From Desulfobulbaceae bacterium (GTDB lineage: Bacteria; Desulfobacterota; Desulfobulbia; Desulfobulbales; SURF-16), in the NCBI GenBank assembly GCA_027859235.1, contig JAQIBE010000263.1:3568-67567 (forward strand): 64,000 nucleotides of DNA, written 5' to 3'. The notes beneath the pieces were generated by a model. The model was not told the DNA's origin, made no database searches, and saw only the letters and a list, made by a program, of their open reading frames with translations. Positions 29,726 to 38,822 of this stretch are shown in pieces (the stretch's first letter is position 1; each line of letters opens with the position of its first letter). Both the position numbers and the translations under genes were made by a program.

Positions 29726-29821
29726 ATGATGACTGTTATATTGCTGGGCAGTTGGGTCGGTGTACTGGTTGTTTCCCTGGGTGCCTCCCTGATTGTTTTG
29801 AAGAAATTTGATTTATTGTAA
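29726..29821 (+). CDS. 31-aa single-TM peptide, candidate cytochrome bd small subunit (CydX/CydS-like)
   Basis: It is not in the track. GAGGA lies 7 nt upstream of the ATG at 29726. It reads MMTVILLGSWVGVLVVSLGASLIVLKKFDLL and is followed by the operon terminator. Confidence 0.5.
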   Translation: MMTVILLGSWVGVLVVSLGASLIVLKKFDLL

Positions 29822-29841
29822 GGTTGTCTTTATGCAGTGAA

Positions 29842-29878
29842 AATGCCCTGGTGCCTGAAAAGCACAGGGCATTTTTTT
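29842..29878 (+). terminator. rho-independent terminator of the cyd operon
   Basis: AATGCCCTGGTGC-ctgaaaa-GCACAGGGCATT followed by a run of T. Confidence 0.8.
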
Positions 29879-30131
29879 ATGGAAATGGGTAGATATGGTT
29901 TATTTTTCTAGACAGGCGGCCTTTGATATGGTCTATACTGCTCGTTTGCAGTTTTTAAAAAAAAGAGACCTGTGCTGGACAGTTGCGGGTGACTTGATTC
30001 ACCGTGCTTAGGTTTTGTAAACTGTATTTATTCAGAGGGTGCCGCCCAAATGGGAGCATCCACAGGAAGAAGACGACTGCCTGATACTTCCTGAACTGAA
30101 CGTTATCTATCTACATTATTGAGGATTCACC

Positions 30132-30269
30132 ATGAGTAAACGTACTTTTCAACCATCCAATGTTAAACGTGCCCGTACCCACGGTTTTCGTAAGCGTATG
30201 TCCACTAAGGCTGGACGTTCTATTATTAATTCACGTCGGGCAAAAGGTCGTAAACGTCTTTCCTGCTAG
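30132..30269 (+). CDS. rpmH: 50S ribosomal protein L34
   Basis: 45 aa, [45 protein letters not shown]. It is not in the track because it is under 60 aa. GAGGA lies upstream. Confidence 0.97.
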   Translation: MSKRTFQPSNVKRARTHGFRKRMSTKAGRSIINSRRAKGRKRLSC

Positions 30270-30313
30270 TGGTGATTTACGCATGAAGGGTGACGGGAGC
30301 AGGTGCTGAGCCA

Positions 30314-30664
30314 ATGTTGCGGTATACTCTCCCTAAAACTGCCCTTCTCCGGAAATCAGCCCAGTATAACGCGGTATATCGACGGGGAAAACGAATTCGT
30401 GGACAGCATTTCAGTTTGATTTTTCTTGATAATGATCAAGGCTATAATCGGATGGGGATAAGTGTCCATGGGGTCAAGACTGCTGTTCGCCGGAATCGTT
30501 TTAAGCGTATTGTCCGGGAATTCTTTCGTTTGAATCGGGATTTTCTGCCTCCGGCGAAGGATATTGTCTTTGCCATTCGCAAAGAATGTGCCTTTGATTC
30601 GCCCCAGGCTGTTTATGATGCTGTTGTCTCTTCATTAGAGTGTCGTAATAAGAGGAAAACATGA
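30314..30664 (+). CDS. rnpA: ribonuclease P protein component
   Basis: The track ORF starts at a GTG at 30290. The ATG at 30314 gives [30 protein letters not shown]. The [10 protein letters not shown] (RNR-box) motif is present. Confidence 0.9.
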   Translation: MLRYTLPKTALLRKSAQYNAVYRRGKRIRGQHFSLIFLDNDQGYNRMGISVHGVKTAVRRNRFKRIVREFFRLNRDFLPPAKDIVFAIRKECAFDSPQAVYDAVVSSLECRNKRKT

Positions 30665-30876
30665 AATACATCCTGCTCGGGTTGATTTTTGTCTACCAGC
30701 GGTTGGTGTCACCGTTTTTTCCTCCATCCTGTCGCTTTGTCCCCACCTGTTCCAGTTATGCCATTGAAGCCATTGAAACCCATGGTGCCTTGTATGGCGG
30801 CTGGATGTCCCTATGTCGTATCCTGCGTTGTCACCCCTTTTCCAAAGGCGGCTATGATCCGGTAAAGAATGGCTGA
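30661..30876 (+). CDS. yidD: membrane protein insertion efficiency factor YidD
   Basis: 71 aa with [27 protein letters not shown]...GGYDPV. It overlaps rnpA by ATGA. The stop is TGA. Confidence 0.95.
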   Translation: MKYILLGLIFVYQRLVSPFFPPSCRFVPTCSSYAIEAIETHGALYGGWMSLCRILRCHPFSKGGYDPVKNG

Positions 30877-30938
30877 GTTCTTGCTGTTCATAGTCTGGAC
30901 GCTGTCTTTGTATACCTCTGCAAATGAGATTTATCCCC

Positions 30939-32588
30939 ATGGATAATAAAAGAGCCTTATTGGCTGTTGTTTTATCGTTGGGCATTTTGTTGGTCTATAA
31001 TCAACTCTTTGTCTCGCACGCCCCTCCTGTTGTTCCCATTGCAACTCAGACCTCTGAGGTTATGGGTCAGTCTCCTGATGCTGCTGTAACATCTATATCC
31101 CCCAGTAGTCTGACGCCCCCTGTGCCGCTTCCTGTTATGGCATCCGGGCGTGAAGGAGTGGATGTTGTGGTTGAAACCAGCCTGTATACGGCGGTTTTTA
31201 CCGAGAACGGCGGCGGTTTAAAGAGCTTTAAGCTTAAGAATTATACGGCGGAGCTTGCTGGTGATAGTGGCGAGCAGGAGCTCGTTGTGCAGACTGAGTT
31301 TAATGAGCTGCCGCTCTATTTTTCCTGGGGTGCAGATCCATCCTCTGCAGCTATTCCTTTGTATGAAGCCGACCGCACCGCTCTTGTGGTGCGTGATGAC
31401 GCGCAAACCCTCACCATGAATACCAGACTCCCCTCCGGAGTGGTGATGAGACGGATGATGACCTTTCATCCTGATTCCTATGTTATTGACCTTGAGGTTC
31501 AGGTGAGCAATGGTTCCACAGAACATCAGGTTCAGGGGGCACCATTTTTACGGCTGGTGAACGAGCCCTTTGCAGAGAATATGAATAGTCGCTTTCTCTT
31601 CACGGGGCCTGCCCAATATGCAGGTGGAGTCTTCGATCAATTCAAGGTTGCTGATCTGGAAGATGGTAAGATCGAGAAGGTCGGCGTTTTTGACTGGATT
31701 GGTTATGAAGGGATCTATTTTATGATGGCTGTGGTTCCCGGTGCTGAGCAGCAGACCGTATCCTATCAACTCCTGGATCCACTCAAAAAGAAGGTGTCCA
31801 CCACCTTGAGTTCCGGCGCGGTTGCTTTAAGTCCCGGAAATATAAAATCCTATTCCTACAGCAGTTATTTGGGCCCGAAGAAATTAGAGATCCTCAAGGG
31901 GGTTGGTTCCAACCTCAGTAAGGCGGTTAATTTTGGTTTCTTTGATTTTCTTGCAAAACCCATGCTGTTCCTGCTGAATTTTATTTTTGATTATGTCAAA
32001 AATTATGGTGTGGCCATTATTCTGTTGACGGTGCTTATCAAGGCGGTGTTCTGGCCTCTCTCTTACAAGGGTATGAAGTCCATGAAGGCCATGCAGAAGC
32101 TTGGCCCGAAGATGACTCAGATCCGTGAGAAGTACAGCGATGATCGGGACCGCATGAACCGTGAAATGATGCAGCTGTACAAGACGTATAATGTAAGTCC
32201 TGTTGGCGGTTGTTTGCCCATGCTGGCGCAGATCCCGGTATTTTTTGCCCTATATCGTCTCCTGATGCAGACCATTGAGCTGCGCCATGCGCCATTCTTT
32301 GGTTGGATTACCGACCTGTCGGCACCGGAGCGTTTATTTATAGGCTTTGATTTACCCTATCTCGGCGGGTTGCCGCTGTTGACCCTGTGTATGGGTCTGT
32401 CCATGTTCCTGCAGCAGAAGTTGACCCCGCAGCCTGCAGATGCTACTCAAGCGAAGATTATGATGTTTATGCCTGTAATCTTTACCGTGATTTCCATTAA
32501 ATTTGCATCAGGTCTTGTCCTGTACTGGCTCGTTAATAATTTACTGTCCATGTTGCAGCAATATGCCATTAATAAGGCTCCAGATTGA
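30939..32588 (+). CDS. yidC: membrane protein insertase YidC
   Basis: The track ORF starts at 30924, but MDNKRALLAVVLS at 30939 is the more typical start. The C-terminal 60-kDa IMP core shows GVAIILLTVLIKAVFWPL and GCLPMLAQIPVFFALY. The stop is TGA. Confidence 0.95.
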   Translation: MDNKRALLAVVLSLGILLVYNQLFVSHAPPVVPIATQTSEVMGQSPDAAVTSISPSSLTPPVPLPVMASGREGVDVVVETSLYTAVFTENGGGLKSFKLKNYTAELAGDSGEQELVVQTEFNELPLYFSWGADPSSAAIPLYEADRTALVVRDDAQTLTMNTRLPSGVVMRRMMTFHPDSYVIDLEVQVSNGSTEHQVQGAPFLRLVNEPFAENMNSRFLFTGPAQYAGGVFDQFKVADLEDGKIEKVGVFDWIGYEGIYFMMAVVPGAEQQTVSYQLLDPLKKKVSTTLSSGAVALSPGNIKSYSYSSYLGPKKLEILKGVGSNLSKAVNFGFFDFLAKPMLFLLNFIFDYVKNYGVAIILLTVLIKAVFWPLSYKGMKSMKAMQKLGPKMTQIREKYSDDRDRMNREMMQLYKTYNVSPVGGCLPMLAQIPVFFALYRLLMQTIELRHAPFFGWITDLSAPERLFIGFDLPYLGGLPLLTLCMGLSMFLQQKLTPQPADATQAKIMMFMPVIFTVISIKFASGLVLYWLVNNLLSMLQQYAINKAPD

Positions 32589-32651
32589 TTCAAGGAGTGT
32601 GGTTAAATTGTCCCTCGGGAAAAGATTCAGGTGTTGCATGAGGAAAAGATA

Positions 32652-33569
32652 ATGGCAAAAAAGTTTCAGTTTAAAGGGAAAGATATTGATGATGCCGTGA
32701 ACAAGGCCTGTGCCAGGTTCGGTGTTGGCCGTGATGAGCTGAATATTGATGTTGTCTCCACTGGTTCAACGGGCATCTTCGGCTTGCTGAAGAAACAGTC
32801 TTCCATTGAGGCGTGGCTGAAGAGTGATATGGCGGCGGATGTCGTTCCGGAGAAAACTCCTGTTGTTGCGGATGACATCCCTGGACCGGAAGAGGTTGTT
32901 GAGGATGTTGGTGTTGAGCCTGGTGAGGAGAGCCCCACCAAACCTGAGAAGGCGAAAGTGCAGGAGCCGGAAGAGGCTGCCCCCCAAAAGAGTCGTCCCC
33001 GTTATCGTCCTCCCCAGCATACCCCTGTCCCTGTTCCTGAAGAGTTCCATGCCGGCCTGAAGGATGAATTGCTGCAACTCCTGAAACTCATGGGTATGGA
33101 GGGCGAAATCACCTTTGGTGAGGAGAACGGCAAGACAGCGCTTGTGATTCAAGGGCAAGAACTCATCGAACCCCTCACTGCCCGTGACGGGCAGGCGTTG
33201 GATGGTTTGCAGTATCTTCTGCGAAAAATTTCCAGCCATACCTTGCCTGAAAACGGCATGTTTGTGGTGGATATTGACGGTTTTCGCGGTAAACGTCGGG
33301 CGGAACTGCAGGAGCTGGCGATCACCCTTGCTGATGAGGTAAAGGAAAAAAATGTGACCCGGACCATTCCTCCCCTCAACCCCTCAGAGCGCCGCATTGT
33401 CCATATGCACCTTCAGGATGATACAAGTATCCGCAGCCGCAGCGTTGGGAGCGGTTTGTTTAAGAAAATTTTGATTTATCAGCCTGGAACCCGCAAAAGA
33501 CCAAGCCGTAATAAGCGTGCAAATCGTCCCCGCGGAGGACGCGGGCAGGACCAGGACGGAAATAAGTAG
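32652..33569 (+). CDS. jag: Jag/KhpB RNA-binding protein (Jag_N + KH + R3H)
   Basis: MAKKFQFKGKDIDDAVNKA (Jag_N) after GAGGAAAAG. The C-terminal PLNPSERRIVHMHLQDD is an R3H motif. The track start at 32631 is an alternative. Confidence 0.88.
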   Translation: MAKKFQFKGKDIDDAVNKACARFGVGRDELNIDVVSTGSTGIFGLLKKQSSIEAWLKSDMAADVVPEKTPVVADDIPGPEEVVEDVGVEPGEESPTKPEKAKVQEPEEAAPQKSRPRYRPPQHTPVPVPEEFHAGLKDELLQLLKLMGMEGEITFGEENGKTALVIQGQELIEPLTARDGQALDGLQYLLRKISSHTLPENGMFVVDIDGFRGKRRAELQELAITLADEVKEKNVTRTIPPLNPSERRIVHMHLQDDTSIRSRSVGSGLFKKILIYQPGTRKRPSRNKRANRPRGGRGQDQDGNK

Positions 33570-33718
33570 TCTTGGTGTGGATGGACATGTCCTGATATGA
33601 TGGGTGCAGACAGTTTTTAACTGTCTGGGCCTTTTTTTATTTTTGGAGTATGATTTTGTTGCCGTTTTAGTCTTTTTAAATTGCCTTCTTGTCATAATAA
33701 TGGAGCCTGCACCCCATC

Positions 33719-35110
33719 ATGTCTCTTTCAGAACTGAGTGAACCAACCATAGCTGCAATTGCCACGCCTCCTGGTCCAGGCGGCATTGGGGTTATCCGCA
33801 TGAGCGGTGACCTGTCCCTTGGTATCCTTAAACGTGTTTTCGTCCCGAAGAATGTGGAGAAAATGTTTGTCAGTCATCATTTATCCTACGGTGATGTTGT
33901 TGATCCTGAAACGGGGCAGATGGTGGATGAGGTCCTTGCCGTGTATATGGCGGCCCCTGCCACCTATACCCGTGAGGATGTGGTGGAGATCCATTGCCAC
34001 GGCAGTTTTCTGATCCTGCAGCAGGTGTTGTCATTACTAATCAGCCGGGGAGCGACCTTGGCGTCCCCCGGGGAATTCACAAAACGTGCCTTCCTGAACG
34101 GTCGCATTGATCTCACCCGGGCCGAGGCCGTGATGGAGCTGCTGGATGCCACCACCTCTGCCAAGCTTGATATGGCGCGGAACCAGCTGGGCGGCGGTCT
34201 TTATGATCAGATCATGGCTATTCGCCAGCAGCTTCTTGTCTGTCGCGGGATTATTGAGGTGGCCATTGATTTTCCTGATGAGGATGCCGAGATTCTTGAT
34301 GGAGAAAAGATGATCGGCGATATTCGGCATAATGTTATTGCCCCTTTGGAGGATCTTATCCGTTCCGCCCGGCGGGGTCAGGTTTTTCGTGAAGGGGTCT
34401 CAGTTGTCATCCTTGGGAGGCCCAATGTGGGGAAGTCCTCCCTGCTGAATGGACTCTTGCGGGAGGAGCGGGCCATTGTTACCTCGGTACCCGGCACCAC
34501 GCGGGATACAATTGAGGAGATTATTGACATTCGTGGCTTACCCGTACGGATCGTCGATACGGCCGGTATTCGTGAACATGCCGGGAAGGTGGAGGAGATC
34601 GGTATTAACCGGGCCAAGGCGAAGCTGGCCCAGGCTGATTTTGTTCTGTTCCTCATTGACGGGCCGGGTGGGATTAGTGCAGAGGAGCTGGAATTAAGGA
34701 AGCTGGTTCAGGGAAAACCCGTGTTGTTTGCGGTGAATAAAATTGATGTTATGGATTATGAGCCGGCAGACTTTGCTGAATTTTGCGGAAAATCTCCTCA
34801 GTTTGGCATTTCCGCAAAGCTCCATTTAGGTATTGAGGCCCTGGAAAATGGTCTGTACTCCCTTGTCACCAGCGGGGATGACTGGGATCCCGGCCATGGT
34901 GTCGTGCCCAATGTCCGGCATCGCTTGTCCCTTGAAAAAGGTCTTGAGGCGGCGCAGCGGGTAACCCTGGGTCTTGGACAGGGGCTTTCAGCGGATCTTT
35001 TAGCGGTTGATTTGCAGGATGTGCTGGATGGTCTTGGTGACATTATTGGTGAAACCACCACGGAAGATGTCCTTGATGTCATATTTGAACAATTTTGTTT
35101 GGGGAAATGA
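33719..35110 (+). CDS. mnmE: tRNA uridine-5-carboxymethylaminomethyl modification GTPase MnmE
   Basis: 463 aa with TIAAIATPPGPGGIGVIRMSG, the G1 motif GRPNVGKSSLLN and the C-terminal FCLGK. The stop is TGA. Confidence 0.97.
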   Translation: MSLSELSEPTIAAIATPPGPGGIGVIRMSGDLSLGILKRVFVPKNVEKMFVSHHLSYGDVVDPETGQMVDEVLAVYMAAPATYTREDVVEIHCHGSFLILQQVLSLLISRGATLASPGEFTKRAFLNGRIDLTRAEAVMELLDATTSAKLDMARNQLGGGLYDQIMAIRQQLLVCRGIIEVAIDFPDEDAEILDGEKMIGDIRHNVIAPLEDLIRSARRGQVFREGVSVVILGRPNVGKSSLLNGLLREERAIVTSVPGTTRDTIEEIIDIRGLPVRIVDTAGIREHAGKVEEIGINRAKAKLAQADFVLFLIDGPGGISAEELELRKLVQGKPVLFAVNKIDVMDYEPADFAEFCGKSPQFGISAKLHLGIEALENGLYSLVTSGDDWDPGHGVVPNVRHRLSLEKGLEAAQRVTLGLGQGLSADLLAVDLQDVLDGLGDIIGETTTEDVLDVIFEQFCLGK

Positions 35111-35231
35111 CCATTGTCAGGCTTTGGGGATCTTTTTGCCAAGCAGAGAGGGGTGGGTTTGGGTGGTTATGTAAAGATGGATGCTGCTCCTGCTGATTTC
35201 TTCGGGGTTAATATGTTGTCAGGGAAAATGT

Positions 35232-35756
35232 ATGTCTACGCGTAAAACAATATTGTCTAAAGCACAACTGCAGAAACGGGTTAGCGAACTTGGCGCTCAG
35301 ATCAGCCGGGATTACTCTGGCAAGTCGTTGGTGCTGATAGGGGTGCTGAACGGCGCTTTTATTTTTATGGCAGATCTGGCCCGTGCCATAGAACTTGAGC
35401 ATGTGCAGGTGGATTTTATTCGGGTGTCCAGTTACGGTAAATCCTCAGAATCTTCCGGTGAAATTACCCTGAGCAAGGATGTTGAACTTGATCTTGAGGA
35501 TAAAGATGTCCTGCTCGTGGAGGATATTATTGATACGGGACGGACACTGGCCTGGTTGCACCACTCGTTTCAGCAGAGGAAGGCTGCATCGGTGCGAATC
35601 TGTACCCTGATTGATAAATCTGAGCGGCGTGAGGTGGATATTCAGCCAGATTACACAGGGTTTGTTGTTGCTGAAGGATTCCTCGTTGGTTATGGCCTTG
35701 ATTATGCTGAGGATTTCAGGCATTTTCCAGAAATATCCCATCTTGAATTGTCGTAA
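35232..35756 (+). CDS. hpt: hypoxanthine phosphoribosyltransferase
   Basis: The PRPP motif LLVEDIIDTGRTL and the C-terminal GYGLDYAEDFRHFPEI are present. The ATG at 35232 (MSTRKTIL) is preferred over the track start at 35181. Confidence 0.92.
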   Translation: MSTRKTILSKAQLQKRVSELGAQISRDYSGKSLVLIGVLNGAFIFMADLARAIELEHVQVDFIRVSSYGKSSESSGEITLSKDVELDLEDKDVLLVEDIIDTGRTLAWLHHSFQQRKAASVRICTLIDKSERREVDIQPDYTGFVVAEGFLVGYGLDYAEDFRHFPEISHLELS

Positions 35757-36070
35757 TCTGCTAATTCAAGACCCATCCCCTTTCTGCACTGTTGTTTTAG
35801 AGGCGTTTTCCTGAGGGTTTATTTATGTTGGCTTGAATTTTACTGCATTGCCACGGATTGATCGATTGGGGTCTGGTTTTCCTTTCGGTCTTTGGCTTGG
35901 TGTTTATTATTCAGGGAATGATTAATTTTCTTAAAGATCCTGAGGACTCTGAGGAGGATGAGTAGGTGCTTCCTTCTGAAGCGGTCTTGAGGGTGATCCG
36001 GGTTATAGGTCGGGATGGGTATCAGCTGACTGACAGGAGATGGGGCAGGATGATTGGCTGGTAAGGAAGG

Positions 36071-36129
36071 TGGCGGAGAAGGAGGGATTCGAACCCTCGG
36101 TTCGCGATTAACGAACACTCGCTTAGCAG
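36071..36129 (-). pseudogene. 3' fragment of a tRNA-Ser(GCU) gene (anticodon loop to CCA), a putative att-site remnant at the left island border
   Basis: Reverse complement reads CTGCTAA-GCGAG-TGTTCGTTAATCGCGAACC-GAGGGTTCGAATCCCTC-CTTCTCCGCCA. This covers the anticodon loop, a long extra arm, the T-arm and the acceptor 3' strand. No complementary 5' acceptor strand, D-arm or 5' anticodon stem follows. GC drops immediately to the right. Confidence 0.75.
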
Positions 36130-36339
36130 TCAATTCAGCGATATTTGTTATAGGCGTCTCTGCTGATTTCCTTTGAACAACTTGGTCTTAATGGAGCTTG
36201 AAAGATATAGAAAGCCCAAGAAGTGGTACATAGAGTGGTACAGTACACTTTTCCTTTTATTCTAATTGTATCTCAAATTGTTGAGTTTTTATTCAATCTT
36301 TAGTGAACCTTTTATTAATCTTATAAGAGGTATTTTGTA

Positions 36340-37803
36340 ATGAGTGAAAATAATAAAAAAGATGAGAAAGACAAAGATTTTCTGAAGGACGTTGTAGTCC
36401 CAGAATTTGTATTTTTTCATACTAGCCAAAAGGAGGGATATGCAAAGAGGGCAATCGAGAAAAATTGTAATGAAATTTACAATATCAAATCTAATAAGTT
36501 TTTAGAATTTCTCAGATCACTCCATTATAAGGAATTTAACAAAGGTATAAGTAGATCAGAGTTGAGCTCTATACAGGAGACTTGTAATAGTATAGCTATT
36601 TTTGCTCCAGATTCTCGCGAGGAAGAGGTGCATTTAAGAACAGCTCAAAAGAAAAAGGTTATATATGTTGATCTCGGTGATAAAACTTGGAAGGTTGTGA
36701 GGATAACGAGTGAAGGGTGTAAAATTGTTAAGAACATTAACGTTAATTTTCACAGGCCCTCTGGATATTTGCCATTATGTCGTCCAGATCTTAATTCTAA
36801 AAAAGGTAAGGGCTTTAGGTTATTAAAACAGTTCTTTAGAAATATATCTAATGAAGACTATAGGTTAATGTTGTGTTGGTTGATTTCAGCAATTAGACCA
36901 TCAGGACCTTTTCCTATCTTAATTTTACAAGGTGAACAAGGAGCTGGAAAGAGTACATGTATGCGATTTCTAAAAATGTTGATCGACCCATTTAAAGCCC
37001 CGATTAGATCTCTTCCAAAGACAGAAAGAGACTTGATGATATCCGCTTTAAATAGCATGCTTTTAGCATTTGATAATATTTCAAATCTTAAAGCAGAGTT
37101 ACCTGATGCTTTTTGTCGACTTGCGACTGGTGCAGGGCTTTCTACCCGGAAACTATATTCAGATGATGGGGAGCAGTTTTTCGAGGCTTGTCGTCCAATT
37201 ATGTTAAACGGTATTAGTGATTTTGTTACCAAGAACGATTTAGCAAGTCGATCCATTCTGTTGAGTCTTGCAAGTATTGACCGCCCAGATAGGGTCACTG
37301 AACAAGAATTAAGGAAGAATTTCCGTGATGCTCAACCTGCAATCTTAGCAGATCTTTACAGGGCTGTTAGTGTCGCATTGAAAAATATTGATACGGTTAA
37401 ACTGAAAAATAGTCCTAGAATGGCAGATTTTGCTGCATGGTCTTGTGCCGCCTCAAAAAAGGTTAAATGGACTCATGATCAATTTCTGGAAGCCTATGAT
37501 GTTAACCAAAAACAATTGTCAGATGCTTGTTTTGACGCAGATATTGTTGCTACGACAGTGCATAACTTTATGATAGAAGCGTTAGCTTGGCAAGGGACAG
37601 CTACCGAATTATTAACTGCTTTGTCTAAATTTAATCCTGAAGTTACCCAAACAAGGTATTGGCCTAAATCTGCGAGTAAAATGTCCAGTCGACTAAGGGA
37701 AGGATTGCCTGCGTTGCAGGAGAAAAGAATAGAGGTGAAGCTTTTTCGTAAGGATGATAAGCGGCTTATTCAATTAGAATTGCTAGATGAAGATGATGAA
37801 TAA
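36340..37803 (+). CDS. P-loop NTPase, putative island replication/helicase-like protein (P4/D5 SF3-like; the family is inferred)
   Basis: 487 aa, AT-rich. Walker A is ILILQGEQGAGKST. Walker B-like is MLLAFDNIS. The pattern RKLYSDDGEQFFEACRPIMLNGISDF...DLASRSILLSL recalls plasmid/phage primase-helicase C-domains. Confidence 0.5.
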   Translation: MSENNKKDEKDKDFLKDVVVPEFVFFHTSQKEGYAKRAIEKNCNEIYNIKSNKFLEFLRSLHYKEFNKGISRSELSSIQETCNSIAIFAPDSREEEVHLRTAQKKKVIYVDLGDKTWKVVRITSEGCKIVKNINVNFHRPSGYLPLCRPDLNSKKGKGFRLLKQFFRNISNEDYRLMLCWLISAIRPSGPFPILILQGEQGAGKSTCMRFLKMLIDPFKAPIRSLPKTERDLMISALNSMLLAFDNISNLKAELPDAFCRLATGAGLSTRKLYSDDGEQFFEACRPIMLNGISDFVTKNDLASRSILLSLASIDRPDRVTEQELRKNFRDAQPAILADLYRAVSVALKNIDTVKLKNSPRMADFAAWSCAASKKVKWTHDQFLEAYDVNQKQLSDACFDADIVATTVHNFMIEALAWQGTATELLTALSKFNPEVTQTRYWPKSASKMSSRLREGLPALQEKRIEVKLFRKDDKRLIQLELLDEDDE

Positions 37804-37842
37804 GTTGTAGTATAGTTTGGCTTGTGCTGGTTGGCGTGTAAT

Positions 37843-38079
37843 CAACAGGCTGGCTTTGCCAGCCTGTTACAACCGTCACTACGTGACGGCACTAACGGCT
37901 TTTTTTACTTTTTAATATTATATAAATATTATTATAAAATGAAAATGTTTGAGTAAGTAAGTAATACGTGAGCGATGAGACAAATGCATGAATGTGCCGT
38001 TAGTGCCGTCATATCGTCATCAAACCAAGCTATTCACTTTTCTTATAACTATCGTCATGTCGTCACTGCCGTCACCATG
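37843..38079. promoter_or_regulatory. origin-like region: hairpin, CGTCA(C/T) iteron-like repeats and a 16-bp inverted repeat flanking an AT-rich spacer of about 95 bp
   Basis: AACAGGCTGGC-ttt-GCCAGCCTGTT lies at about 37843-37867. The palindrome CCGTCAC-tac-GTGACGG is at 37873-37889. TGACGGCACTAACGGC (37884-37899) is mirrored by GCCGTTAGTGCCGTCA (37996-38011). ATCGTCATGTCGTCACTGCCGTCACC is at 38051-38076. Confidence 0.45.
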
Positions 38080-38822
38080 AAGTTTGATTTGATAAAGATA
38101 TACTTAGATAATAGTATAAAATAAATATCAAGCCTATGGATTACATTGTGTATGACTCGGTTTATGATCGAATTCGAAGAGCAACGGGCTCCTTATGTAT
38201 GAAGAAGGTAATTACACAGAATTATTTACAGGCTCACCTTATCCTAAGAAACAGATCTATCCATCAACACTCATATACTGCACATCTTCAATACCTCTAT
38301 AGTCAACAAACAATCATCAATACTCCTATGTTGTTCATCACCAAGATTTAAGTAGTGAGCTAATGATGCTAATTTCATGTCTCCAGCTCGCTTACCAAAG
38401 ACCTGATCAATAGTGGGTAGGTGTCAATGATACCCGTATTTACAGGCATGGGCATACCGATAGCATCAAAGCTCTTGGTATGGCTGGGAATGTCGAAATT
38501 AATGATATTCTGGCCACCCCCCACTCTATCATGAAGAATAAGATAAATATCGACTATGTTGGCTCTAGCTTAGTATTTAGCAGCAATTCCATCTACTAGA
38601 ACGGTTGTCAACCGTGTAGTACAAAATCGAGCCAATTTCACCAATACTAATATATTTCTTAGGATGAGGACTACACCTCCTACTATAGCTTTCACCATGA
38701 ATAAAAACAGCTAAATACCCGAAAATCTGTCTCAAAACACACGCCCTACCTATATTTACGGGTTAATAAGCAGAATCCCACTTGCGCTAAACTGCAAGAT
38801 TTTCCACAAAAAACAGGACAAA

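Noticed and set aside
29880-30131. A possible oriC next to rpmH-rnpA-yidC-mnmE, since this cluster often flanks dnaA and oriC.
   Set aside because: I saw only one approximate DnaA box (gcATCCACAgg near 30058), no dnaA gene and no AT-rich 13-mer cluster. cydAB lies upstream instead.
35840-36133. A 97-aa minus-strand ORF spanning the tRNA-Ser fragment.
   Set aside because: Its translation runs through the tRNA-derived sequence and is Pro/Arg-rich. It is an artefact.
38136-38351. A 71-aa plus-strand ORF in the AT-rich spacer.
   Set aside because: It has no RBS and a low-complexity translation, and it lies in an AT-rich region where such ORFs arise by chance.
38375-38569. A 64-codon minus-strand open segment, IVDIYLILHDRVGGGQNIINFDIPSHTKSFDAIGM..., vaguely like a DEDD-exonuclease motif (hN..nFD).
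   Set aside because: It has no start codon and an in-frame TAA directly upstream. The similarity is only a short remembered motif. At best it is a gene remnant, so it is not reported as a feature.
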